Shown in pieces: positions 30,001 through 38,140 of a stretch of 64,000 bases of DNA; position 1 is the stretch's first letter; each line of letters opens with the position of its first letter. The notes under the pieces were generated by a model. It was not told the DNA's origin. It worked only from the letters and a program-made list of their open reading frames with translations, and did not search any database. The translations under genes and the position numbers were made by a program. The stretch is taken from positions 103,863 through 167,862 of the forward strand of contig JAVYPJ010000001.1 in assembly GCA_038733315.1 (NCBI GenBank), given 5' to 3'. The stretch comes from Candidatus Aenigmatarchaeota archaeon. GTDB lineage: Archaea > Aenigmatarchaeota > Aenigmatarchaeia > CG10238-14 > SpSt-28.

Positions 30001-31149
30001 CATTATACTGTTAGAATGAACGATGTAAATACTTATTCTATTTCTGAAGCAATCTATCCATATCCTATAACGACAATATACATAGGAGGTTGGCAACATT
30101 CTATGGGCGCTAAATTTGATAATATTAGAATTCGCAAATACACTTCACCAGAACCAACAGTTTCCATAGGAAATGAAGAAACTATGCTACCTTTCACAGC
30201 CTGGGCAAATGTTACAAAAAGTTTCTCTCAGCCAGGAACATTGTGTTGGAAATTTTATGCAAACAATACTCTAAATCTATGGAATGTTACGCCAGAAAGT
30301 TGCTTAAATATAATTTCGCCAGATTTTTGGCTAGAAGCTAAACTATTAGATCCTAGAGAAAATAGTATAATAAACCTAATTCCTGGAGAAGGAATTCAAG
30401 TAAAAGCAAATGTAACATTAAGGTCTAACTATTTCTTTTGTACGAATGGAAACGCAACTCTAAGATATAATACTTCGACTTCAATGCTACCAAATACTGC
30501 AATACCAACGTCTTCCGCACCTATAACAACAGATACAAATCCAATATACGTTGGAAATCTATGTGTAAATAATTCTACTCAAGTTGTTTTTAATTTAATA
30601 GCTAACAGTCAAACTTATAAGATAGTAGATGTAAATTTCTGCTTTGAGCAAATATGTAATAATACATTGCGTTTTTTTGTTAACGTTTCTATAACAACAC
30701 CAAGAAACCTAACATTAAAAAAAGGATGGAACTTAATTTCTATACCCTATAAAACTATAAATCTTGATTTGAACAGAGATGGATGTAATTTAAGAGAAAG
30801 GGTATTTCACTATTTTAATGCTTCGTCGAACTCTTGGGAATATCATACCTATAAAAATTTAAGAGGTGGAATAGCATATTGGATTTATAGCGAAAAAAAT
30901 TGTGAATCGGTTTTATATGTTAGTGACGCAGTTACTCCAAACGACATGCCAGGAATAATACGAGGAAAAAAGAATTATATAGGTAGTTTAAGCTCTTCAA
31001 GAAGTCTTCAAGAAATATATACCAACATACGACAACTATGTAATTCTGTCAGTATAGCACGCTGGGATTCCGAAAGAAACGCATTCTTAAATATAGATAT
31101 ATCAAGCAATTTAACTCCTTGGTACGGTTATATCTTAGAATGTTCTTAA
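27022..31149 (+). CDS. Secreted 1375-aa surface protein: 3x (DUF2341 + variable lectin/LamG-like domain), Ig-like domain, C-terminal GWNLIS domain
   Basis: Signal peptide; WQYRIPITI...DIRF...YWIE...IWVKV...IYLYYGN x3; many NxS/T sequons. Confidence 0.9.
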   Translation: MKKEKIFLIFLFFTIFIFNFSLSFSQTWLSGWQYRIPITIRENSGNTLTDYQILVTINTQNLISQGKMRSDCGDIRFTDSDGRTLLNYWIEDGCNSTNTKIWVKVPNIPANSNKIIYLYYGNPNANSMSNGDLVFEFFDDFRTNPNTNGKWRIFRYSNDVNNEFVWDNTNNQVYLTRNLNGKGVMAFFNKSFSPYNTITEFEIYIGGGNGADGLSFYFDKNINPYITYGRALAGGSMASMAFDGSNSYLSEGYSIGFDTRRNTENGYEQSTPHIEVARTSATNPSVHYSGAHLTSVSYSNLRGNWLKVVVIIKSNAVEVYINNVLQLSYTGLTSLNYNWQGIGASTGGYNDNHAIKNLRVRKFAPQEPTYTLGREESITLVPVWLSYFSNVSQAIINQPIKFSSLWNASQIPYLTQPSQTWLSGWQYRIPITIRENSGNTLTDYQILVTINTQNLISQGKMRSDCGDIRFTDSDGRTLLNYWIEDGCNSTNTKIWVKVPNIPANSNKIIYLYYGNPSATSMSNGDNTFIFFDDFSFRNISKWNWPDNWIIENNTAKQTVANWWSSELISQKLNIGISNYVGICIKTLAINDGTVRAYDVVVSVNISNSWYNSPFFTTSYAWYGFFDRICSGSGSCPYGETRQWRVYDIIIFTNNQTWYLDGSVIDSRNSAVGNIIYNFAINSKGVSRFDYFIVRKCSRINPIVSLGSEEILSSSSSVFLSNYIFSYKLGNSQWINETYRFGPVYQTWLSGWQYRIPITIRENSGNTLTDYQILVTINTQNLISQGKMRNDCGDIRFIDSDGSILLNYWIESGCNTTNTRIWVKVPNIPANSQKTIYLYYGNPSATSMSNGTSTFIFFDDFEDGDYTNNPVWNIDTGQKICTSYCCGSYSASNRYLELTSGFCSLNLYSDLPQPISPQKIAIDFNSWWTGTHCYNNEVLLLNSSNAIMIGGGGVLCDYHSIRALELRVNNNFYSSSLDFPYGTWHRITIIFNGTHYTVRMNDVNTYSISEAIYPYPITTIYIGGWQHSMGAKFDNIRIRKYTSPEPTVSIGNEETMLPFTAWANVTKSFSQPGTLCWKFYANNTLNLWNVTPESCLNIISPDFWLEAKLLDPRENSIINLIPGEGIQVKANVTLRSNYFFCTNGNATLRYNTSTSMLPNTAIPTSSAPITTDTNPIYVGNLCVNNSTQVVFNLIANSQTYKIVDVNFCFEQICNNTLRFFVNVSITTPRNLTLKKGWNLISIPYKTINLDLNRDGCNLRERVFHYFNASSNSWEYHTYKNLRGGIAYWIYSEKNCESVLYVSDAVTPNDMPGIIRGKKNYIGSLSSSRSLQEIYTNIRQLCNSVSIARWDSERNAFLNIDISSNLTPWYGYILECS
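27093..27391 (+). repeat. DUF2341 constant cassette copy 1
   Basis: 299 bp identical to 28272-28570 by manual alignment. Confidence 0.95.
28272..28570 (+). repeat. DUF2341 constant cassette copy 2
   Basis: Identical to copy 1; the 3' flank (AGTGCTACTTCTATGAGTAATGGA) matches copy 3 instead. Confidence 0.95.
29253..29571 (+). repeat. DUF2341 constant cassette copy 3
   Basis: About 92% identical to copies 1/2 (roughly two dozen substitutions by manual count, many synonymous). Confidence 0.93.
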
Positions 31150-31556
31150 CTAGCTCTTGGCCTCCAACTAAAAACTATTAATTCTTTATAATATATTTTT
31201 CCATCACTAAAAACTAATTCCGCTTCGCTTGTAGATGGAAATTGTTGAAATGGTTGATTGCATGGGGAAACTCTTATATCTATAGTTACAAAATATCCAA
31301 AATCCCTTAATTTTTCTAATGTCTTAGCAAACTCCTCTGTATTATATTTAAATTCTTCACAATCTTTTGACAAACTCGCTATTTCTAAGAACTTTTCCTT
31401 AATGTTTTTAACTAAAAGAGCGTATTCAGGTATGTATTGAGATGTATCTACATAAAACATTCCTGTAATAGTAAAGTATAGAGCTATTAAAGCGCCTACA
31501 ATTAAAACTGCTGTTAAAGTCATGAACTGTGCTTTATAATATTTGTAATATTGCAT
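31146..31556 (-). CDS. Pilin-like protein with class III signal peptide
   Basis: YKA|QFMTLTAVLIVGALIALYF; Cys pair; start uncertain (31556 or 31568). Confidence 0.65.
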   Translation of the reverse strand: MQYYKYYKAQFMTLTAVLIVGALIALYFTITGMFYVDTSQYIPEYALLVKNIKEKFLEIASLSKDCEEFKYNTEEFAKTLEKLRDFGYFVTIDIRVSPCNQPFQQFPSTSEAELVFSDGKIYYKELIVFSWRPRAS

Positions 31557-31833
31557 GTTTTTGCCCATCTATAATTAAAATGTTCTTTTCACTAATTAAA
31601 CCTTTTTCAATAAGTAAATTTACAACATTTTTTCCAAATGCATTTATAACGTTAAAACTTTCGTTACTTATAAGACTTAGAAGTTCGTTCTGATTAACAG
31701 TTCTTTCGAAATAAAAATCTTTGGAAACTTTTAATTTAACACCCCTATACTCGAATTCTTTATCTATAACATCTATATCGCAAATAGCTAATATTTTTAC
31801 TCCGAATTTTTCATGAATCTTTATACAAAACAT
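31534..31833 (-). CDS. DUF424 family protein
   Basis: ILAICD, VSKDFY, INAFGKNVV, IDGQKHA; follows aIF-2beta. Confidence 0.9.
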   Translation of the reverse strand: MFCIKIHEKFGVKILAICDIDVIDKEFEYRGVKLKVSKDFYFERTVNQNELLSLISNESFNVINAFGKNVVNLLIEKGLISEKNILIIDGQKHAILQIL

Positions 31834-32238
31834 TTAATATCTCAATATTTTTTTATTTCCACAAGCTTCACACCTTAAATATCTTATATTATTTTCCTTG
31901 ATTATAACAGTTTCCGGTTTTTGGCATAAATCGCATAAAACAAAGTACTTAACGTATTCATCTAACTTTTTCCTTAGAATTTCTCTATTAATAATTCCGT
32001 TTAAAACTAAAACATCTTTCTCAAACCTACCAGGAACTCCAACAATCCTTAAAAAATCTCCTCTAAAATCCTCTGCACTTCTCTTTAATTTATATAAAAT
32101 TTCCTTAATATTAAGAATATAAGTTTTGTTTTTCTCATACTTTACCTCTATTTCAGGTAATGAATATCTATCAGAAGATATGCTAACATTAGGCAATTTT
32201 TTCAATGCTTCATCTAACATTTCTTCATAGCTTTTCAT
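31834..32238 (-). CDS. eif2b: Translation initiation factor aIF-2 beta
   Basis: YEEMLDEA, FVLCDLCQKPET, LRCEACG. Confidence 0.94.
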   Translation of the reverse strand: MKSYEEMLDEALKKLPNVSISSDRYSLPEIEVKYEKNKTYILNIKEILYKLKRSAEDFRGDFLRIVGVPGRFEKDVLVLNGIINREILRKKLDEYVKYFVLCDLCQKPETVIIKENNIRYLRCEACGNKKILRY

Positions 32239-32948
32239 TCTATAATCCTATATTTTCCTGGAGCATATTCGTATATTTTTCCACTATTTAACAACTCCCT
32301 TATAACTCTTTCAATCCTATCCTTTTCAATATTTAGAATAGATAATATTTCCGATTCCGAAACGCCATCTTCGGAAGAAAAACTTTTTATAATTTCTAGA
32401 ATTTTATCCTCAAGATTTTCTAAGGATTTTAATTTCAAAATTTCTTTTACTTGAATTTCTTCTAACTCAAACCTTTTTTTAGCTTCGATAAGTATTTCTT
32501 CGTAATTTAAAATTTCTGAAAGTTTTAAAATCTCTTTTACTATATTAGAATTTCTTTTTATTCTATCTATTATTTTTAATTTAAAAAAACTCTCGAAAAC
32601 AAAATCAACTTTTTTTATAAACTCTGCTCTAATATATCTATAGTTATATTCTCTTACCTTACCATAAGCAAAAACTATATTTCCCAAATCTATTTTAAGA
32701 CTTTCATTAACCAATTCTCCAAAACATTTTAAAATTATATCGCTTGTATCATCGCAAATAATTAATCTGGAATATGTCAAATCTTCGTTAACATATTTAT
32801 CAACTAAGGTTCCAACAATTCCGCACCTAACAACCTTTTCTCCCATTTTTGTTACAATAAAAGATGGTAATTTATTCTCTACACTTCCTTCAAAATAGCT
32901 AGAATTTTTTATTTCCAAAATTCTTAAAGGAATTATTGGATACCTCAT
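32235..32948 (-). CDS. RPA32-like OB-fold + C-terminal winged-helix protein
   Basis: IVGTLVDK, CDDT, AYGKVREY; C-terminal LLNSGKIYEYAPGKY. Confidence 0.8.
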   Translation of the reverse strand: MRYPIIPLRILEIKNSSYFEGSVENKLPSFIVTKMGEKVVRCGIVGTLVDKYVNEDLTYSRLIICDDTSDIILKCFGELVNESLKIDLGNIVFAYGKVREYNYRYIRAEFIKKVDFVFESFFKLKIIDRIKRNSNIVKEILKLSEILNYEEILIEAKKRFELEEIQVKEILKLKSLENLEDKILEIIKSFSSEDGVSESEILSILNIEKDRIERVIRELLNSGKIYEYAPGKYRIIE

Positions 32949-32981
32949 AAATTTGAAAGAAAACAAAAAATAAATATGTAT

Positions 32982-33054
32982 GGGGAGGTAGTTTAGCCTG
33001 GAAGAATGCGGGCCTTGGGAGTCCGTGACCCGGGTTCAAATCCCGGCCTCCCCA
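32982..33054 (+). tRNA. tRNA-Pro(TGG), intronless, CCA not encoded
   Basis: GGGGAGG/CCTCCCC acceptor stem, anticodon arm CGGGC-CTTGGGA-GTCCG, T arm CCGGG-TTCAAAT-CCCGG, followed by a T-run. Confidence 0.97.
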
Positions 33055-33091
33055 GTTTTTAATAATTTAAATCGGTAAGTAAATATAGTTT

Positions 33092-34465
33092 ATGAACAAC
33101 TTATTAGCAAACTTAGGTTTTTTATTGCAATTATCCGGATTCTTCATTTTCCTAGTTGCAATAATTGCAACGTATTTAAATGAAATTAATGAAGCTATTT
33201 CTTTTTTTATAACCGCATCTGTTTTCTTTATAATAGGCTTTCCTCTTAACGCTCTATCTGAAAGGAAAGAAATAAGTTTTAGAGATAGTCTAATACTATT
33301 TTTTTTAACTTTTTTGTTTTTAGGATTAATAGGTTCTATACCATACATGTATTTAAATATATTTAAAACAGAGAACCTTCTTGAAAAAACAATAAATTCT
33401 ATATTTGAAAGTGTTTCTGGATTTACAACTACTGGATTTACCTTTTTAAAAAATTCTGAATTATCTAAATCTATGATAATTTATAGAGCTACCTCACAAT
33501 TTATTGGAGGAATTGGTATAGTTTATTTGTTATTAACATTTTTGTATTCTTCAAAACATAAAATATCCCGTATTTTTAGTAAATTGTTTTTTTCAGAAAC
33601 TATCTTAGAAATAAAGAAAAACGTTATAGAGATTTTAGCTTTTTTTATTATAGTAACCATAGCTCTAAGTTTAGCTATGTACTATTTTAACAACGATATT
33701 ATAAAGTCCTTTTCGTTAGTTTTAAGTGGAGTGGCTACTGGAGGATTTTCACATTATGAAATAGGTGAGTTAAGCATAGAAGAAAAAACAATAATAATCT
33801 TTTCTATGATTTTTGGGTCTATATCGATTTTTATTTTATCTAAATTTAAAAGAGAGCTTCCAATATATATTCTTACAATTTTTATATGCTCGTTTGTATT
33901 AAATATTAACGGAATAGACATTTTTGATTCTATTTTTCATGGAGTATCCATAGTTTCTACAACTGGATATTCTTATATAGATTTTACCTCTTTACCGCAA
34001 TACTCTCTACTTTTATTTTCTATAGTAATGTTAATTGGTGGTATGGCTATTTCAACAGCTGGAGGTATGAAAATAATTAGATTAATAAATTCTAAGGTTT
34101 GTATTTGGAAAATAATAAAAAGTTTTATACTTGAAAAAAATTTTGAAATGAATAATAATAACGGTTTTATTTCGATAGCCTATTTATTTTTATTCTTATC
34201 TCTTTGGATATTTATATCATTAATTTTTTCTATCTATTATTCCGATAAGCTGAATTATTCTATTTTTGATGCAGCATCAGCTATATCTACTAGTGGTTTT
34301 TCAGCAGGAATAATAAACGAAAACATGTCGATAGAACTAAAGATTTTTTTAATTTTTATAATGATATTAGCAAGAATAGAAATTTTACCTTTTTTTGCAA
34401 TTTTTATTTGTTGTAGAGAAGTTAATAAAAAAGCGTTAAATAAAATATTGGCTATTGAACAATAA
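33092..34465 (+). CDS. trkH: TrkH-family potassium uptake membrane protein
   Basis: Pore loops FESVSGFTTTGF, ATGGFS, STTGY, STSGFS; STAGGMKIIR. Confidence 0.92.
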   Translation: MNNLLANLGFLLQLSGFFIFLVAIIATYLNEINEAISFFITASVFFIIGFPLNALSERKEISFRDSLILFFLTFLFLGLIGSIPYMYLNIFKTENLLEKTINSIFESVSGFTTTGFTFLKNSELSKSMIIYRATSQFIGGIGIVYLLLTFLYSSKHKISRIFSKLFFSETILEIKKNVIEILAFFIIVTIALSLAMYYFNNDIIKSFSLVLSGVATGGFSHYEIGELSIEEKTIIIFSMIFGSISIFILSKFKRELPIYILTIFICSFVLNINGIDIFDSIFHGVSIVSTTGYSYIDFTSLPQYSLLLFSIVMLIGGMAISTAGGMKIIRLINSKVCIWKIIKSFILEKNFEMNNNNGFISIAYLFLFLSLWIFISLIFSIYYSDKLNYSIFDAASAISTSGFSAGIINENMSIELKIFLIFIMILARIEILPFFAIFICCREVNKKALNKILAIEQ

Positions 34466-34468
34466 TTT

Positions 34469-35905
34469 ATGAGTAAAGAGCTTGGTATAAAATCTAAAAA
34501 AGAAAATTTAAGTGAATGGTATGAAGAAGTTATTTTGAAAAGTGAATTAGCCGACTATGCTCCAGTAAAGGGATGTATTATTTATTTGCCTTATGGATTT
34601 GCAATATGGAACTTAATAAAAGAGGAATTTTCTAAAATTATAAAAGAAGAAGTAAAAGAAGTTTATTTTCCTATATTTATTCCAAAAAGTATTTTAGAAA
34701 AAGAAGCAAAACATTTTGAAGGTTTTAGTCCAGAGGTTGCCTGGGTAACAAAAGGTGGAAATAGTGATTTAGACGAATGGTTAGCTATTAGGCCAACAAG
34801 CGAAACTATTATTTATTCATATATATCAAAAATTATAAAGAGCTATAGAGACTTACCTCTAAGAATAATTCAATGGTGTAATGTAGTTAGATGGGAAACT
34901 AAAGCTACAAAACCTTTTCTTAGGGGAAGAGAATTTTTGTGGCATGAAGGCCATACATTTCACACAACATTTGAAGAAGCCGAGCAAGAAATGAGAAAAA
35001 GAATTTTACAATATAAGGAATTTGTAGAAAGTTTTTTGGCTATACCAGTGATTGCCGGATATAAAAGCGAGTATGAGAAGTTTCCTGGAGCATACACTAC
35101 AACAACCATAGAGGCTTTAATGCCAGATTATAGAGCTTTGCAATGCGGAACTTCGCATAATTTAGCTGATAAGTTTTCAAATGTTTTTAAAATTTACTAT
35201 CAAGATAAAGATTGTAATAATAAGCTTGTATATCAAACATCTTGGGGATTCTCTACTAGATTAATAGGAGCTTTAATAATGGTTCACGGAGATGATAAGG
35301 GTTTAGTTTTACCTCCAAAGATTGCTCCATATCAAATCGTAATAATTCCAATTTATTATAACGAAGCTGAAAAAAATAAGGTTTTTGAAAAAGTTAAAGA
35401 TATTGAAAATAAGTTAAAAATCAAATATAGAGTTTTTAGCGACTTAAGAGAAGAATATACTCCAGGCTTTAAATTTAATGAATGGGAATTAAAAGGTGTT
35501 CCTATAAGAATAGAAATTGGTCCCAAAGATTTAGAAAACAAAAAAGTTACAGTTTTTAGAAGAGATAAAATGAAAAAAGAAAGTGTAGATGAAAAGGATT
35601 TAGAAAACTATTTAGAAAAATTAATCGAATGTATTCAAAAAGATATGTTTGAAAAAGCGAAGAATTTTTTAGATGAACATATATTCTTTGCAGAAAATTT
35701 AGAGGAGTTTAAAGAGAAGGTTGAAAAAGGATTTGTTATAACAAATCATTGTGGTAATGTTGAATGTGAAGAAAAATTGAAAGAGCTTACAAAAGCTAGC
35801 TGCAGAGTAATAGAATTCGGAAATGAAGAGCCTTTAGGAAATAAAAAATGTGTATTTTGTGGAAAAGAAGCTAAATATAAAGCATATTTTGCAAAATCTT
35901 ATTAA
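34469..35905 (+). CDS. proS: Prolyl-tRNA synthetase (archaeal/eukaryal type)
   Basis: RPTSET, VRWE, FLRGREFLWHEGHT, QTSWG, C-terminal AKSY. Confidence 0.98.
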   Translation: MSKELGIKSKKENLSEWYEEVILKSELADYAPVKGCIIYLPYGFAIWNLIKEEFSKIIKEEVKEVYFPIFIPKSILEKEAKHFEGFSPEVAWVTKGGNSDLDEWLAIRPTSETIIYSYISKIIKSYRDLPLRIIQWCNVVRWETKATKPFLRGREFLWHEGHTFHTTFEEAEQEMRKRILQYKEFVESFLAIPVIAGYKSEYEKFPGAYTTTTIEALMPDYRALQCGTSHNLADKFSNVFKIYYQDKDCNNKLVYQTSWGFSTRLIGALIMVHGDDKGLVLPPKIAPYQIVIIPIYYNEAEKNKVFEKVKDIENKLKIKYRVFSDLREEYTPGFKFNEWELKGVPIRIEIGPKDLENKKVTVFRRDKMKKESVDEKDLENYLEKLIECIQKDMFEKAKNFLDEHIFFAENLEEFKEKVEKGFVITNHCGNVECEEKLKELTKASCRVIEFGNEEPLGNKKCVFCGKEAKYKAYFAKSY

Positions 35906-35917
35906 AAAATAAAAAAA

Positions 35918-36685
35918 TTAGATTAGCCAAGAAAACCAGCTCCTAACTCTTTTTAGGTATGTTGAAATTGGTACTTTATACTCTTCTCCAGCTATATTGG
36001 AAGCTAATTTCATAAACTCTATCGCTGCCCTACTATAATCGTTAATTTCTAAATATGTTTTGCCTAAGGCTAATGCTCTTTCAAAATCTCTATCAAACGG
36101 AATTGCTGCTATTACTGGTAAATTCACTAAGTCTTCTATTTCACCTATTGTTAGCTCATATGGTTTTCCAGATACTTTATTTACTACTACTCCTAAGGGC
36201 TTTAAACCCATTTTCTCTGCAACATCATTTATTTTAATTACATCAGTTACAGCAGCTATATTTGGATTTGTTACATAAAGAATTTCCTTAGAAGCTTTCA
36301 TCGCACTTACAGCTTCTCTTCCTATTCCTGGAGCGCTGTCTATTAAAACGAAATCGCTATATGGTATTTCTTTTATTGTCTTTTCTAACTTCATTATATC
36401 TACGTTCTGCAATTCGTTTACATCTAAGGAGCTGGGAATTATTTTTAAGCCACTATCGTGAAAATAAATTGCGTCTATTATCAACTTTGATTCCTCCCTT
36501 AAAACATGGTTTAAAGTTGTTGGGTTATAAAACATACCAAAATTCATTGCTAAATGTGGAGTTGTTATATTAGCATCTATTATTGTTACACTTTTTCCAA
36601 GCTTAGTTAACGCCAAACCAAGATTTGAAGTCACTGTTGTTTTTCCTACGCCACCCTTTCCGCTAGCTATGGTTATTACTCTCAT
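35918..36685 (-). CDS. minD: MinD-family ATPase
   Basis: Deviant Walker A SGKGGVGKTT, IDSAPG, C-terminal amphipathic YLKRVRSWFSWLI. Confidence 0.92.
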   Translation of the reverse strand: MRVITIASGKGGVGKTTVTSNLGLALTKLGKSVTIIDANITTPHLAMNFGMFYNPTTLNHVLREESKLIIDAIYFHDSGLKIIPSSLDVNELQNVDIMKLEKTIKEIPYSDFVLIDSAPGIGREAVSAMKASKEILYVTNPNIAAVTDVIKINDVAEKMGLKPLGVVVNKVSGKPYELTIGEIEDLVNLPVIAAIPFDRDFERALALGKTYLEINDYSRAAIEFMKLASNIAGEEYKVPISTYLKRVRSWFSWLI

Positions 36686-36688
36686 AAA

Positions 36689-37537
36689 TTATTTTCTGTC
36701 TAATATATTTATTTCTTTTTTGGAAAAAACATTTTCTAATCTTTTTAACTCGAAATCAATTATTTCCTTGGCATTTTCAATTAAGTTTTCAGAAATGTTG
36801 TATTCAAAATGCTTTTTATTAATAAAATTTATTATTCTTTTCTTTATGTTTTCATCTATTATTAACCTATTGAAATTTTTAAATTTTTTTATAGTTAAAA
36901 TTGGTTTTTTTAATAGCGCTGCGTACAATATTTCTTTGAAAAACCTTTCCTTAGAAAAATCTAATATTATATCGACATAACTTAAAAGTTTTATTAATTC
37001 GTTTTTCTCTAACTTTCTCTTTATAAAGTAAATATTTTTAGAATTAGAAGTGTTAAGATCTATGATACCATATATATATATTTCAAACTCATCAACCAAA
37101 ATTGAAACTAAACCAACCATTTCTATAGAAATTTTATCACAAATAATTAGAATAACTTTCCTTCTTTTATTAACAGATACCTTATCTATTTTACTACTAG
37201 GAATTTTGCCATCTATTATATAAGGAAAATATATTATGTTATTTTTGCTAATCCTTTCATTTCTATAAACATATATTTTATTATTGTTTTCTTGTATCCT
37301 TTCAGGATTTTCAATTTTATTAATTACTTTATCTAGACTTATTTTCATGTCTGAAAGGTTTATAATAAAATCTAAATCCTTATAATATGATTCCATTGCA
37401 TTGAATGGTAATAAGAAAATGTTATAAAATCTTCTTATTTCTTCAGAGTCTATAGTAAAATAATAAAACTCGTAATTCAAAGATTTCAATAAGTTTATAA
37501 GGTCTATATCATATTCATATATTAAACCAATCTTCAT
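36689..37537 (-). CDS. Degenerate GT-B glycosyltransferase-like protein
   Basis: MKIG start; C-terminal EILYAALLKKPIL resembles the GT4 LEAMAxGxPVI motif; paralogous to 38141..38992. Confidence 0.5.
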   Translation of the reverse strand: MKIGLIYEYDIDLINLLKSLNYEFYYFTIDSEEIRRFYNIFLLPFNAMESYYKDLDFIINLSDMKISLDKVINKIENPERIQENNNKIYVYRNERISKNNIIYFPYIIDGKIPSSKIDKVSVNKRRKVILIICDKISIEMVGLVSILVDEFEIYIYGIIDLNTSNSKNIYFIKRKLEKNELIKLLSYVDIILDFSKERFFKEILYAALLKKPILTIKKFKNFNRLIIDENIKKRIINFINKKHFEYNISENLIENAKEIIDFELKRLENVFSKKEINILDRK

Positions 37538-37541
37538 AATG

Positions 37542-37811
37542 TTATTCCCAATAAATAAAGTTAAGTTCTGTTAGCTCTTTGAATAATTCATCTAAGAATT
37601 TTTTTATCATTTCTTTATCTATTTGAGTTTTTTGAGCTAAGATTTCTAGAATTTCTTCATACTTTCTTTTTCCATCGCAATATTTTAATAAACCTACTGC
37701 AAGAGGGTCTATCTGATATAGTTTTTGGTTATCTAGGGTTGCGTAGTAAGTATTTAAATAATTAATTATTGTTAAAGATTCCGCTTTTTTTGGCCTTTTC
37801 CCTTCAAACAT
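37542..37811 (-). CDS. PqqD-like / RiPP recognition element-fold protein
   Basis: LYQIDPLAVGLLKYCDGKRKYEEI...FLDELFKELTELNFI: 3 strands plus wHTH pattern of PqqD. Confidence 0.75.
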   Translation of the reverse strand: MFEGKRPKKAESLTIINYLNTYYATLDNQKLYQIDPLAVGLLKYCDGKRKYEEILEILAQKTQIDKEMIKKFLDELFKELTELNFIYWE

Positions 37812-37812
37812 T

Positions 37813-38082
37813 TCACTTCCCCAACCTTTTTCTTAATTCCTCTAGTATTTCTTCGTCTGTTATCTTTTGCGCAAAAAACTGCTTCAAATAGCATAATTTC
37901 GCCTTACCAACCTTTCTTTGATAAATTATTTCTGCTCCTAATAATTCGTGCAAATATTTTGCGACTGTAATTCTACTAAAACCAAGCTCATTAGAGATTT
38001 GCTGAATTGTTAAACCTTCGGGATGTTTTCTAAGAAGCTCAATTATTAATCTTCTAATATCTTCCTTCTTCTCTTTTTCCAT
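37813..38082 (-). CDS. Small winged-helix DNA-binding protein
   Basis: HPEGLTIQQISNELGFSRITVAKYL...RKVGKAKLCY. Confidence 0.88.
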   Translation of the reverse strand: MEKEKKEDIRRLIIELLRKHPEGLTIQQISNELGFSRITVAKYLHELLGAEIIYQRKVGKAKLCYLKQFFAQKITDEEILEELRKRLGK

Positions 38083-38140
38083 AATAATAAGTTATTAAAG
38101 ATATTTATATTTATTGTTTATCATGTCTGTTAACTATAAA

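Noticed and set aside
32982..33092. tRNA-Pro as integration site or intron-containing/split tRNA
   Set aside because: The cloverleaf is contiguous, I saw no duplicate 3' end, there is no integrase, and the flanking genes are housekeeping.
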